A stretch of 64,000 nt of DNA from a virus. Shown in pieces: positions 18,301-28,245 of this stretch. Location of the stretch: IMG/VR virus record IMGVR_UViG_3300019360_000001; one strand, given 5' to 3'. Both the position numbers and the translations under genes were made by a program. Position 1 is the stretch's first letter; every line of letters begins with the position of its first letter. The notes under the pieces were generated by a model, which was not told the DNA's origin, made no database searches, and worked only from the letters and a program-made list of their open reading frames with translations.

Positions 18301-20364
18301 ATGGCAACTATAATAGAAAAATTTATAGACCCAACAGGAGCCGGAGATTATGTAACATTATCAGGTTGGGCTGCTGATAGAGTGGGAAATATAGTGTCAC
18401 GAGACACTATAGAAATAGCCTCTATTAGAGGCGGTGGATCGGTTGGAGATGTGCATTTAGGATCTGGCCACGGATGGGTTACAGATGAAGATCACTATAT
18501 ACACATAAGAGCAGCTTCTGGTCATGAACATCCAGGCTGTTTTGATAACACTAAAGCATTTATAAATGGCCGTAGAGATATTCCTATTTTTTGTCAGGTT
18601 GGATTTACTAGAATAGGCCCTGGAATTTCTATATACAATAATTTTGATAATCCAGATATTCCTGAGCATCCGGCATACGGAATGGCAATACACCAAGTTC
18701 ATGAAGATAAACCATGCGTTGTTGATGGTTTGGCAATAAAACTAGATATTAGTTCTGTTGGAATTCTTGTTGAATGGTGCTACGGAGAAAGAGGCCACTT
18801 TATAAAAAACTGCACTATAGTTGGAGATTCTAATCCAATAACTGCAATAAGAGTTACTAATGCTAAAGCCACTGTTTATAATTGTGCATTAATTTCTAAT
18901 GGTGGAATAGGATTACAAGGTGACAATGACGGAGGAGTTTTTGAGCCTATTTTTGGTCCCGCTGCCCCAGGAATTGTAATATCAGAAAATAATTATATTA
19001 GCGCAACTTCTGGCTATGTTGCTTTTGGCTCTGGTAGCTTTTTCGTTAAAGGACAAAGCGATGTTACTTCTACAAATGAAGCAGTTAATCCATCTTATAG
19101 AAATATAGCCTATCAAGATGCTGGATTTTTGAATCCGTTTGCTGGTTCAGGAACAGGATTACAAGAAAGAACTTGGCAAGATTTGCATTTAATTAAAACA
19201 TCTTTCTTGAGAGGCAAGGGCGTTGATTTAAGAGAGAATGAAAACCCAGAAGCCAATGTTTTAACAGACATGGATGGATTTACAAGACCAGAAACGCCAG
19301 ATGTGGGAGCATTACAATTCAAGGTGCCGCAAAAAATAATAAAAACCATTAAGCCATCTGGCGGAGATTATACTACTATTAATGCTTGGGAACAAGATAG
19401 GAGAGGTAATTTAGCAAGGCGAAATTCTATAGAAATTGCTGAGATATATTCTGGTACTAATAATGTTGGCTTAAGAATGTTGGCTGGTAATTGGGGAGTA
19501 AATTTACAGTCATATCCTGTTATTAGGGCTGCAACTGGACATTCTCATTCTGGGGTATTTGATGCAAATAAGGCTTATATTAAAAATAGTACTTCTATAA
19601 AAGAAGCAATATTCTGTACAGTTGGACATACACATATTGGTCCAGGACTTTCTATTGAAAATAGTTTTTATACTGGGGTTTCGGAAGATCCTTATTGTAT
19701 AAGAGCGTCTGGACTCATTAGAGGTGGACCATTTATTATAGAGCAGTGTTGTTTAAAAAATGCCGTAGAAAAAAACAATACAAAGATGGTTAAATCGGAA
19801 ATTTGTTTTTACGACCCTAGTTTTCCTCATATTATTAAAAATTGTCAAATTTTTACTGCTGGAGGGGACACAACTGCCCAAGGGCTATTATTGCACGGCT
19901 CAAAATGGAAAGTATATAATAATATTATTTATACATTTGGGTCCTTGGCAACTGCAATTATATCAGATGGCGGAGAATTAAAATGTGAAAACAATTATAT
20001 TGCTTGTAATAGAAAATCCTATGATGTGCAGGGCGGCGGCACAATAATTAAAGGATTTAGGGATGCGACACAAAATGATGAGGCACTAAATCCCAGTTTA
20101 AGCGGTATTTTACGTATAAATAGTGTTTTCCTTGATGCTGATCCAATAGGCTATCCTAATGTTGCACCTAATAACTATTTGCCGTTAGGATCTCCTTTAA
20201 GGGCTTCTGGCATAAACTTAAGTAATCAACATAGAGAATATCTATCGGTCGTAAAAGATATAAGGGGAAAATTAAGAACGGTTCCCTATGATATAGGAGC
20301 CTTTGAGGCTACTAATCCAGGAGAGGAATCGGTATCAACAGATAACTTTTTTGTATTATTTTAG
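18301..20364 (+). CDS. Virion protein with two tandem beta-helix modules
   Basis: ATG at 18301; module 1 IDPTGAGDYVTL...DVGALQ, module 2 IKPSGGDYTTI...DIGAFE. Confidence 0.65.
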   Translation: MATIIEKFIDPTGAGDYVTLSGWAADRVGNIVSRDTIEIASIRGGGSVGDVHLGSGHGWVTDEDHYIHIRAASGHEHPGCFDNTKAFINGRRDIPIFCQVGFTRIGPGISIYNNFDNPDIPEHPAYGMAIHQVHEDKPCVVDGLAIKLDISSVGILVEWCYGERGHFIKNCTIVGDSNPITAIRVTNAKATVYNCALISNGGIGLQGDNDGGVFEPIFGPAAPGIVISENNYISATSGYVAFGSGSFFVKGQSDVTSTNEAVNPSYRNIAYQDAGFLNPFAGSGTGLQERTWQDLHLIKTSFLRGKGVDLRENENPEANVLTDMDGFTRPETPDVGALQFKVPQKIIKTIKPSGGDYTTINAWEQDRRGNLARRNSIEIAEIYSGTNNVGLRMLAGNWGVNLQSYPVIRAATGHSHSGVFDANKAYIKNSTSIKEAIFCTVGHTHIGPGLSIENSFYTGVSEDPYCIRASGLIRGGPFIIEQCCLKNAVEKNNTKMVKSEICFYDPSFPHIIKNCQIFTAGGDTTAQGLLLHGSKWKVYNNIIYTFGSLATAIISDGGELKCENNYIACNRKSYDVQGGGTIIKGFRDATQNDEALNPSLSGILRINSVFLDADPIGYPNVAPNNYLPLGSPLRASGINLSNQHREYLSVVKDIRGKLRTVPYDIGAFEATNPGEESVSTDNFFVLF

Positions 20365-20373
20365 GGGGATATA

Positions 20374-20877
20374 ATGAGCTTACTGCCTTATGATAAAGGA
20401 TCAACCGGAAGGTATCTAGTTATAGATCCTTCTGGCAGAGTTGTTACTACATCTGACCCTGCCGGAGGTCTTTATCCTCTAGGATTTGGAAGTACTGGGC
20501 GGGCAGTGATGGTAGATGCTTCTGGAAGATTAGTTACTTCTCCAGAAAGTTCTTTGCCAAGTGTATTAAGCTCTAATTTTGTTGAGTTGCCATCTGCAAC
20601 CGGAATAACAGTAAATCTTAATGATGGTAATAATTACTTTGTTGACTTAGAACATGATACTACGCTTACTTTAAACAATCCTACTGATGGTGCAACTTAT
20701 AGATTTGTCTTTAGAAACAATGGTACATCAGATGTAACCTTTCCTGCTGCCGTTGCATTTAAAGGCGCCATAGAACCAGCACTAACACAAGTTTCTGGCG
20801 CACTTGATTTAGTTTCATTACTTTATGTTGGTCCAATTTCTACATATATTGGCGATACCTCAACCGACTTTTCTTAA
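20374..20877 (+). CDS. Small fibre/tail structural protein
   Basis: Two N-terminal repeats GSTGRxxxxDxSGRxVT; C-terminal domain paralogous to 21892-22347. Confidence 0.55.
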   Translation: MSLLPYDKGSTGRYLVIDPSGRVVTTSDPAGGLYPLGFGSTGRAVMVDASGRLVTSPESSLPSVLSSNFVELPSATGITVNLNDGNNYFVDLEHDTTLTLNNPTDGATYRFVFRNNGTSDVTFPAAVAFKGAIEPALTQVSGALDLVSLLYVGPISTYIGDTSTDFS

Positions 20878-20890
20878 CTGTGAATAAAAA

Positions 20891-21892
20891 ATGCCAACTA
20901 CTATAATAAAGACAATAAAACCAGGAGGCGGAGGAGATTATACATCATTAGCCGCATGGGAAGCAGACAGGCGTGGTAATATAATTACAAGGGACACAAT
21001 AGAAGTAGCAGAGTGTTATAGTGGCAATTTAGGAACGCTATCTTTGGCAGATGCAAACTGGACGGTTGACTCTACACATTATGTTATTGTAAGACCTGCA
21101 ACGGACCATGAACACAGAGGATTTTTTGACACAGGAAGAGCATATGTTAGTGTTTCTTCTGGAAACGGAATTTTAGTTACTGTTAAATATACAAGACTTT
21201 CAGGACTTTCTATAGAAAGCACAAGTAGCTCAACCGGAGATGCGGCAATAAATTTTTCGCCACTTTTCGGAAAGGGAATCATGGATTCTTGTATTTGTAG
21301 GAATCCTACCGGATATGCAATAAGAGCATTTTCTGATCTAAGATCAGGCGGAGAAACAAACGAAATTAGAAACTGTGTTTTCCTACATGATTCATCTGGC
21401 GATCAAGACTGCGTAGATACAGGTGATCCTTTTGGAGATAATCCTGGAATCGTTGCAAATTTTTATAATTGTACTATTATTAATTTTAGAGATTCAAGAC
21501 ATAATATAAATGTAAGAGCATCAAGCCCTGTTTCTGATAATGTTAAATTACAAAATTGTTATTTATATCAACAGACTGGTGGTGTTGGCATTAATTATGG
21601 CGGAAACGGAGTCATACTCAAAGGATCAACTGACGCAACCAATAATACAGAGGCAACTAGTGTAGCACTAAGAAATATAGCGCTTAGTACAGCTAATTTT
21701 ACTAATGTTTCTTATTCTACTTTCGACGCACACTTAGCAGAAGATTCTGCATTAATAGACGAAGGAACAAATTTGTCTGCTCAAGGCGTAACAACTGACT
21801 TTGAAGGAGATACTCGTTCAGGTTCTTTTGACATAGGAGCCGACGAGGTTCCAGATACGGGCGGAATTTCGCTTGGACTGTGGGGTGTTTAA
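20891..21892 (+). CDS. Stand-alone beta-helix module virion protein
   Basis: IKPGGGGDYTSLAAW...NFTNVSYSTFDA...FDIGADE; close paralogue of the 15448 N-terminus. Confidence 0.65.
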   Translation: MPTTIIKTIKPGGGGDYTSLAAWEADRRGNIITRDTIEVAECYSGNLGTLSLADANWTVDSTHYVIVRPATDHEHRGFFDTGRAYVSVSSGNGILVTVKYTRLSGLSIESTSSSTGDAAINFSPLFGKGIMDSCICRNPTGYAIRAFSDLRSGGETNEIRNCVFLHDSSGDQDCVDTGDPFGDNPGIVANFYNCTIINFRDSRHNINVRASSPVSDNVKLQNCYLYQQTGGVGINYGGNGVILKGSTDATNNTEATSVALRNIALSTANFTNVSYSTFDAHLAEDSALIDEGTNLSAQGVTTDFEGDTRSGSFDIGADEVPDTGGISLGLWGV

Positions 21893-22347
21893 TGTCTTTA
21901 AATGATAGGCTTTTTGTATATTCAAATCTTTATCCTGGCAATAGTAAACGAAAATTAATGCCAGGATCTGGGGTTTCTTTCAGCGAGAATGAATCAACAC
22001 AAGAAGTTTTTATTAACACAGAGATTAAAAGTGTTGATCTTCAGCCAATAAATATAGTAACATTTAACGATCCTGTTAACATTGATTTAAGTTTAGGCAA
22101 TATTTATAAACTTGTGTTAAGTGGTGACACTACAATTACTTTTAGTGCGCCACAATCGGCGAAATACATACTGATCATAAAACAAGGAGTTGGCGGAAAT
22201 GATGTTACTTGGCCTGTAAATGTTTTGTGGGCAGGTGGAATTACGCCAACATTGACACAGCCAGCAAATTCTGTAGATGTATTTTCTTTCTATTATGACT
22301 CTATGGACGATGTATTTTATGCTGGATCATTGCAAGATTTGCAGTAA
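21892..22347 (+). CDS. Small fibre/tail structural protein
   Basis: TAATG coupling; IDLSLGN..LSGDTTITF..VTWP.NV.W.GG..PTLT...DVFSF domain common in phage fibre proteins. Confidence 0.6.
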   Translation: MSLNDRLFVYSNLYPGNSKRKLMPGSGVSFSENESTQEVFINTEIKSVDLQPINIVTFNDPVNIDLSLGNIYKLVLSGDTTITFSAPQSAKYILIIKQGVGGNDVTWPVNVLWAGGITPTLTQPANSVDVFSFYYDSMDDVFYAGSLQDLQ

Positions 22348-22355
22348 GGTGAAAT

Positions 22356-22892
22356 ATGGGACAGGAAAATTTACCAAGTCCAGGTCTTTATATAACAGAC
22401 GCAATATCGGATTTATACACAGACAATATTAAACAATTAATTGCTGATGCTGGCAGAATAGTTACATTATATTTGCCTCCGATTGGTTCTGGTTGTCCAA
22501 ACTGTTTACAAGCATTTGATGATAGTTCTCAAGGAATATATAATAGCGCAAATCCATTTACAGTTGGCGGACCTTTACATAAGCCATTTGCTACCGGAAT
22601 GACTTGCCCGGTTTGCAAAGGTACTAATGAAATTAAAACTACACAGTCAATATCTTATACAGCACTAATAGCCAGAAATTTTAAAGATTTGCAGTTTTCT
22701 GCCATAGGAAAAGATTTTGAACCTAATAATGTATATAGAACAAAAATGGATAAAGTTGCAATTGAAGATTTAAAAATAGCAGATAAGGCAAAAATAGATG
22801 GAGATATTTGTGTTAGAATTTCTGATCCTGTTTTGCGAGGATTAAGGGATTTGGCTTTTGTACAATGTTTTTGGTATAAAATGGACCGCTAA
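22356..22892 (+). CDS. Putative head-closure/neck protein with zinc-binding insert
   Basis: CPNC...CPVC motifs; position in the neck region. Confidence 0.5.
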   Translation: MGQENLPSPGLYITDAISDLYTDNIKQLIADAGRIVTLYLPPIGSGCPNCLQAFDDSSQGIYNSANPFTVGGPLHKPFATGMTCPVCKGTNEIKTTQSISYTALIARNFKDLQFSAIGKDFEPNNVYRTKMDKVAIEDLKIADKAKIDGDICVRISDPVLRGLRDLAFVQCFWYKMDR

Positions 22893-23530
22893 TGGCTAAG
22901 ATAAGAGTTTTAAATAGCAGAGAATTAGATCTACAAATACAAAATGCCATTAAGAGCAAAATGGAGGGGGTTTTTACAAAGGCACAATCTTTGTTAATTG
23001 AACAAGCAAAAGTATATAGAGATGCTTTTGCTAATAGTGCAGAATTCAATAACATGAAGACTAAACTAGTTGGGGAATTTGGATTTACGCCAGATGAGCT
23101 TGCCGGTCTAGATAAAGTCCTAGATTTATTAATGCCACAAAATGAAGTAACTACATCTTTTTTGGACACTGTTGGCTCCACAAAGTTTTTGATATTAGAA
23201 TGGGTAGATTATCAGAAATTAAAAACACATCCATTGGTGCAACATCCATTAACTAAATTAGACAAATTTGGAAAAGTAGTTAGCGTAACCGATGTTATTT
23301 CTTGGGTAGAATGGCTAGAAGAAGGGGTTACTGTTGCTGGATATAGCTTTTTTAGGCCAAATAATAAAAACATTGATAGATCAAGAAGCAAACAAGGACT
23401 TATGAGAAAGTCAAATGGGTTTTTCGTAATAGATCCAACAAGAATATTTGAAAAAATAGGCAATGAAGCAAACAATAAAGTTTTGCGCCGTGGTTTTGGG
23501 GCACTTGTCCGGAAAGTAGGGAGACAATGA
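22892..23530 (+). CDS. Putative neck / tail-completion protein
   Basis: Synteny and TAATG coupling. Confidence 0.45.
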   Translation: MAKIRVLNSRELDLQIQNAIKSKMEGVFTKAQSLLIEQAKVYRDAFANSAEFNNMKTKLVGEFGFTPDELAGLDKVLDLLMPQNEVTTSFLDTVGSTKFLILEWVDYQKLKTHPLVQHPLTKLDKFGKVVSVTDVISWVEWLEEGVTVAGYSFFRPNNKNIDRSRSKQGLMRKSNGFFVIDPTRIFEKIGNEANNKVLRRGFGALVRKVGRQ

Positions 23531-24393
23531 ATACTTTTGGTCTAAGTGCGCAAACTAGATTTAATATAAAATCAACATTAGATTTGCTTTTTATTAATAA
23601 TGGACTTTATGTAAATGTAGCAAGTGGGCAATATGATGTTAGTGGCGACAGAGCTGATTTTTTAAAAAGAGTATCGTCAACACTTTATGAAAGTCCGTTT
23701 GATAACTGGATTTATGAATCAGATGCTTCTGGTATTTCTCCTTATCAGCCAGAAGTTGCCTCTGGTGTCTATATAAATGGTGCGTTCAATCAAAAGGGAA
23801 GCGGTGTTTATAAGCCAAGAATAGACTATAGAAACGGTAGAGTATTTTTTGATAATCCTGTACCTGCGAATAGCATAATTACTGCTAAATTTTCCTATAA
23901 GGGCGTAAGAAACGATTTCCCGGACTCTAGGAAGGTAAATTGGATATTTTCCAAACTTAAAGATGCAATAGACTTTACAGAAAACGTATATCCTTCTGGA
24001 TTTCAGAGACAGCTCCCCGCTGTCATAATAGACGTACAAAAGAGATTTTCTAGGCCATTTGCTATAGGCGGAGCTAAAAATCATAACACTTTAGTTGTTT
24101 TACATGTTTTGGCCAATTCTAATAATAGCCTAGAACGTATAAATGATTTACTTACAGAAGAGTCATTTAGGAAGCCAATAAAAGCAATAAATTTTAATAA
24201 AATACCAGTATTATTCACCAATAAAGGCGATTTAGCAACGACTTATAAACCATTTACACAGTTACAGGGAGATTTAGCATTTGAGGCCCCTAAATTGTAT
24301 ATTGATAAAGCCGAACTTATTAGTGTTAATGAAATAAGAGGTGTTTGGATAAGCAGAGTAGACTGGACTGTAACTAGCTATCATTTGCCCTAA
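23527..24393 (+). CDS. Putative tail terminator / neck protein
   Basis: Last intact gene before the tail tube; QLPAVIID..RPFAIGG motif. Confidence 0.5.
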   Translation: MNTFGLSAQTRFNIKSTLDLLFINNGLYVNVASGQYDVSGDRADFLKRVSSTLYESPFDNWIYESDASGISPYQPEVASGVYINGAFNQKGSGVYKPRIDYRNGRVFFDNPVPANSIITAKFSYKGVRNDFPDSRKVNWIFSKLKDAIDFTENVYPSGFQRQLPAVIIDVQKRFSRPFAIGGAKNHNTLVVLHVLANSNNSLERINDLLTEESFRKPIKAINFNKIPVLFTNKGDLATTYKPFTQLQGDLAFEAPKLYIDKAELISVNEIRGVWISRVDWTVTSYHLP

Positions 24394-24456
24394 TTCTAGT
24401 CTGGTCATGACGTATTCTATATAGCAATATATTAAATAAGTTAAGTGGATAATTGA

Positions 24457-24794
24457 ATGTCTAAATGTTTATGGTGTCTTAACGAGTTTGAGCCAAATAG
24501 ATGTACGCAGAAGCATTGTTCTAAAAAATGCAAACAAAAGGTTGATAATAAAGAGTTTTGTAGAAAAGCTATGGAAATGGTAAGATTCATAGAAAAGGCA
24601 ATGTAAGTAATAAATCTGGACGAAAATGCAATACCAGAGTTTACTTGGATGCCATTGAGAATATACAAAATGGAGAGTATCAAATACTTTGTATGAACTG
24701 CAACTTTGCAAAAAGAACTAGCAAAGAGTGTCCGTGTAAAAAAAATAAAAGATTGTTAGTATCTAGTTATTACGAAGACTATATAAGAGAATAA
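24457..24794 (+). pseudogene. Frameshifted HNH endonuclease remnant
   Basis: 24457-24606 encodes MSKCLWC..HCSKKC; a second frame encodes GNGKIHRK..YQILCMNCNFAK..CPC, homologous to the C-terminus of 35542-36174. Confidence 0.7.
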
Positions 24795-24806
24795 TGGAGG
24801 TTTATA

Positions 24807-26078
24807 ATGAATAACCGCATAATTTACTCGTGTGCCCAACTTTCATTTAAGGATTCACGAGCTGATCCTACTAGCAGAATAATGAGTTCAAATCTAAATC
24901 CAGATGCCACATTAGCGTCTGGTATTGGACCGGCTACTGGTATTATTCAATTTAACGAAAGCCGTTCAGGGCAATGGCCAGCTGCTGGAATGATCAGAAT
25001 TAAGACTGGTGCAAACCTTTTTGAATATATTAGATATGGGACTTTTCTTGCTGCTAATAGAATTGGTGCTCTTACAAGAGGCGCCGTTACTACAACTGCA
25101 CAATCACATTCTTCGGGAAACATAGCCCAGCTTTTGGGATGGGAAGTTCCTTTTGGGGTACAGTCTGTTTCAATAGGCACAACCTTTAACCTTGAAGACG
25201 TTTTCCATTTAGGGCAACTTGATGCATACGAAAACCGTGAAGGATTGCCAGAAATTGAAATTACAACAGAACGAGTCTTTGATGGAACTAAACCAATTTG
25301 GCTAATGGCAACGGACCCAGAATTTACTTCTCTTAAAGGTAAGACAGCGAAATATAAAACAGATGTTGCTTTAAATATTTATCCTGACACACAAGATAGT
25401 TCTTTTGGAACGCCAGACAGTACTTGTATAGGATCAGGAATGGTTGTTTCTTCTTATAGCATTTCTCTTCCAACAGACGGTAACTTTACTGAAACATTAA
25501 CACTTGTTGGCAACGATAAGTTCTGGGGTTCACAAGAAGGTATTCCTTCTGGAATATTCCCTAATTCGAGTTCTTATGATGCCGAGATAATTGGATCAGG
25601 AATCGAAAGAACAGAGGACTTCGACGAAGCAAACTCTACGCTTCCTGGAGATCTTCCTGCTGGCGATCATATTCAGTCTATCGAAGTTTCAGTAGATATT
25701 ACAAGAGAAGATATCTTTGAACTAGGAACAAAAACGCCTTTCTTCCGTTCTGTGTCTTTCCCAATTTCTGTTACTTCAACGTTTGAAACTATTTCTGACA
25801 AGGGAGATTTGGTTGATGCAATTGGAGATGGTAGAAAGAACTTAGTGAATCGTACAATTCTATTGCGCACAGATGGCGGAATGGTAATTGATCTTGGAAC
25901 AAAAAATAAATTAAATAGCGTAACATTTGAAGGATTCGATGCAGGAGGGGGCAACGGAACAGTGACTATGGAATATAGTAATTCTAACTTCCTTACAGTC
26001 ACACATGAGTTCTTTAGCGCAACTGCGTATAGAACAAATTATGCTTTGCCAAATTTCCCAGAAATTCAGCCGTCATAA
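24807..26078 (+). CDS. Major tail (tube) protein
   Basis: GGAGG RBS; beta-rich 423 aa with a duplicated GVQSVSI..EDVFHLG / IQSIEV..EDIFELG motif; followed by a terminator, chaperones and the TMP. Confidence 0.75.
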   Translation: MNNRIIYSCAQLSFKDSRADPTSRIMSSNLNPDATLASGIGPATGIIQFNESRSGQWPAAGMIRIKTGANLFEYIRYGTFLAANRIGALTRGAVTTTAQSHSSGNIAQLLGWEVPFGVQSVSIGTTFNLEDVFHLGQLDAYENREGLPEIEITTERVFDGTKPIWLMATDPEFTSLKGKTAKYKTDVALNIYPDTQDSSFGTPDSTCIGSGMVVSSYSISLPTDGNFTETLTLVGNDKFWGSQEGIPSGIFPNSSSYDAEIIGSGIERTEDFDEANSTLPGDLPAGDHIQSIEVSVDITREDIFELGTKTPFFRSVSFPISVTSTFETISDKGDLVDAIGDGRKNLVNRTILLRTDGGMVIDLGTKNKLNSVTFEGFDAGGGNGTVTMEYSNSNFLTVTHEFFSATAYRTNYALPNFPEIQPS

Positions 26079-26103
26079 GGGCTTATATAAAAGTATTCAA
26101 TAT

Positions 26104-26140
26104 ATCTGGGGAGGCTTTATTGCTTCCCCAGATTTTTTTT
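26104..26140 (+). terminator. Rho-independent terminator
   Basis: ATCTGGGGAGGC, loop, GCTTCCCCAGAT, then a T run. Confidence 0.88.
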
Positions 26141-26160
26141 ATAAAAGGAAAGGGTGGCGA

Positions 26161-26227
26161 TTGAAAGGTAACAATTATATATGCTCTTTTGGATCCTGAT
26201 ACATTAGAAATCAGATATGTAGTATAG
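26161..26227 (+). pseudogene. Vestigial N-terminus of a GIY-YIG endonuclease
   Basis: 26171-26227 translates as TIIYALLDPDTLEIRYVV*, matching the IYALxDPxTxEIRYVG start of phage GIY-YIG nucleases. Confidence 0.55.
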
Positions 26228-26249
26228 TATTTATATATTAAGGCAAGGA

Positions 26250-27272
26250 ATGGATAATCAAAGGATTATGGAAATTGTTCTCTGGGGCAAATCCTATGCC
26301 CAAGTAGCCAATCAATCTGGCGAAATCTTGTCATTTATTCTTCGTTCTTTATCAATCAAAGAGGCTAATTTTATTAATTTTGTCTATGATAAAGAGCTTA
26401 ACAAGTCTTTAAAAGAAGGTATATTGTCAAAAGAGCAGTTAAAACTTTTATTTGAAGCCAATAATGTTTGGACAGGGAAAAAAGATAATGAAATAGAAGA
26501 GCTTGGCAATAAAATTAAGGTTTTAAAAAGACAAATAGCAGACTCAGCATATATAGCCAGCAAGAAGAAAAAGGCAGAGAAAGAATTAAAACAAACAGAA
26601 AGCAAAATTATTGAATTAAAAGAAGAAAAGGCCTCTTTGTTTAATTGCTCTGCTGAGTCTAGATCAGAAGAAATAATGCGCCGATATATGATCATGATGG
26701 CTGCCGAAAATATAAGAGAACAGCCATATTGGAAAAGCGAGGCAGAATTTTTGGCTGAATATGATTTTGTCCTTGTTTACAATTTAGCATTAGCATATTA
26801 TAATAACAATATGTTTGATGAAAAGACTATTAGAAAAGTAGCTAGAAGTCCTGCTTGGCGAGTTAAATGGATTGCTTCTAAAAATGGGACTAACTTGTTT
26901 GGCAAATCAATAGCAGAATGGTCAGAAATGCAGAATTATATAGTTTATTGGTCGCAGTTTTATGATTTCGTGTACGAAAGCCTAGAGAAACCACCAGATG
27001 TCGTAATAGAAGACGATATTGCTTGTGACGAATGGGTAAAAAGCCAAAATAAAGGCAATAAGCAAAACGTTAAAAATACTAAAAAAGTTGGTGCAAAAAA
27101 CTCGCATCAAGAACACTTTATAATGGTAGAAAAGGGAGACAAAGACTCTACTAAAAAGATACAAGAAATGAATAGCGCCGTTGTTAGGGCTAGATTAAAA
27201 AAAGAGCATGAAATTATAAAACAAAAGGGCAAAATAAAAGAGTGGGACCTTCGTAAGGATCAGTATATATAG
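26250..27272 (+). CDS. Tail assembly chaperone, long paralogue
   Basis: Lies between tail tube and TMP; N-terminal ~190 aa paralogous to 27586-28233. Confidence 0.55.
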   Translation: MDNQRIMEIVLWGKSYAQVANQSGEILSFILRSLSIKEANFINFVYDKELNKSLKEGILSKEQLKLLFEANNVWTGKKDNEIEELGNKIKVLKRQIADSAYIASKKKKAEKELKQTESKIIELKEEKASLFNCSAESRSEEIMRRYMIMMAAENIREQPYWKSEAEFLAEYDFVLVYNLALAYYNNNMFDEKTIRKVARSPAWRVKWIASKNGTNLFGKSIAEWSEMQNYIVYWSQFYDFVYESLEKPPDVVIEDDIACDEWVKSQNKGNKQNVKNTKKVGAKNSHQEHFIMVEKGDKDSTKKIQEMNSAVVRARLKKEHEIIKQKGKIKEWDLRKDQYI

Positions 27273-27284
27273 GAAAGGATAATA

Positions 27285-27614
27285 ATGGCAAAAATTAACA
27301 AAATAGTAAAAAGAACAGATAGCTATTCTTTGACCTCAGAAGCTAGACTAAAAGAAATTATTGAGGCAAATATTAAAAAGGTTTATGTTGGTGCACTCAA
27401 ATGTATTGAGATGAGATTTGGAGATGACTTTGAGGGATTTGATCAAATAAGACGAGAAATACTAAGAAACGGAAACGATGCAGTAAGGAATATATCTGAT
27501 TTAATATCTTCTCGTTTCAATGTAGAAATAGTTCCAGATGTGGTTACGGTTAATTTTACCAATATAGGAAAGGAAGTAGTTACAAATGAAGAAGGGCAAA
27601 GTTTTCAAGGTTAA
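27285..27614 (+). CDS. Hypothetical protein in the tail assembly region
   Basis: ORF with an AGGA RBS inside the operon. Confidence 0.55.
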   Translation: MAKINKIVKRTDSYSLTSEARLKEIIEANIKKVYVGALKCIEMRFGDDFEGFDQIRREILRNGNDAVRNISDLISSRFNVEIVPDVVTVNFTNIGKEVVTNEEGQSFQG

Positions 27615-28233
27615 GGTAGAAGACAAAGAAATAGAACTTTGTTTTAGGGGTCCAACACAAGAAGAACTTCTAGCAATAGACTTAGAATACCGAAAAATAT
27701 TTTCTCATTGTCTCAGAGAAGGAGTTGCTTGCGAAGCAGAGACAAAAAAAATAGTACATAAAAACAATGTCTGGACAAAAGATGATGAAGATAGCATAGG
27801 CAAAACTTCAGTAGAAATTGGCCTGCTAGAAAATATAGCAGAAGATTATTTGTCTGGTAAAACCCCAGAAGATGAAAAAACAGAAAAAACTTTCACTGCT
27901 TTGTCAGAAAAAAGAGCACAGCTAATGGCGTTAATAGGACAAAAAGTTGAAATATTTTCTAAGACCGCAGAGGGGCTAGCCAATGAACAGAAAATGCATA
28001 AATTTGTTCAATTTTGCTGTATTAAAAATGACAATTCAAGATTCTTTAATAGCCATGAAGAGTATGTTAATTTTGCCAGGGAAAATCCAGATGTCTTATC
28101 TGAAATATACAAGCAAAGTTATATGTATGAATACGGAAACCCATTGGAGTCGATGGAAAATTGGACAGAGGTTAAATGGGTCAAGAAAAAGCTAGAGCAA
28201 GCAGAAAAACAAACACAAGAAGTTAAAGTATAA
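27586..28233 (+). CDS. Tail assembly chaperone, short paralogue
   Basis: Immediately upstream of the TMP; shares LxEG..NNVWT..FxxxAE with 26250. Confidence 0.55.
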   Translation: MKKGKVFKVKVEDKEIELCFRGPTQEELLAIDLEYRKIFSHCLREGVACEAETKKIVHKNNVWTKDDEDSIGKTSVEIGLLENIAEDYLSGKTPEDEKTEKTFTALSEKRAQLMALIGQKVEIFSKTAEGLANEQKMHKFVQFCCIKNDNSRFFNSHEEYVNFARENPDVLSEIYKQSYMYEYGNPLESMENWTEVKWVKKKLEQAEKQTQEVKV

Positions 28234-28245
28234 GGAATTTATTTA

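Noticed and set aside
15448-21892. Diversity-generating retroelement behind the similar modules
   Set aside because: No reverse transcriptase is present, and the copies differ throughout rather than only at adenines, which indicates ordinary paralogy.
27586-27614. Programmed -1 frameshift between 27285 and 27586
   Set aside because: The frames are related by +1, there is no XXXYYYZ heptamer in the overlap, and 27586 has its own purine-rich RBS.
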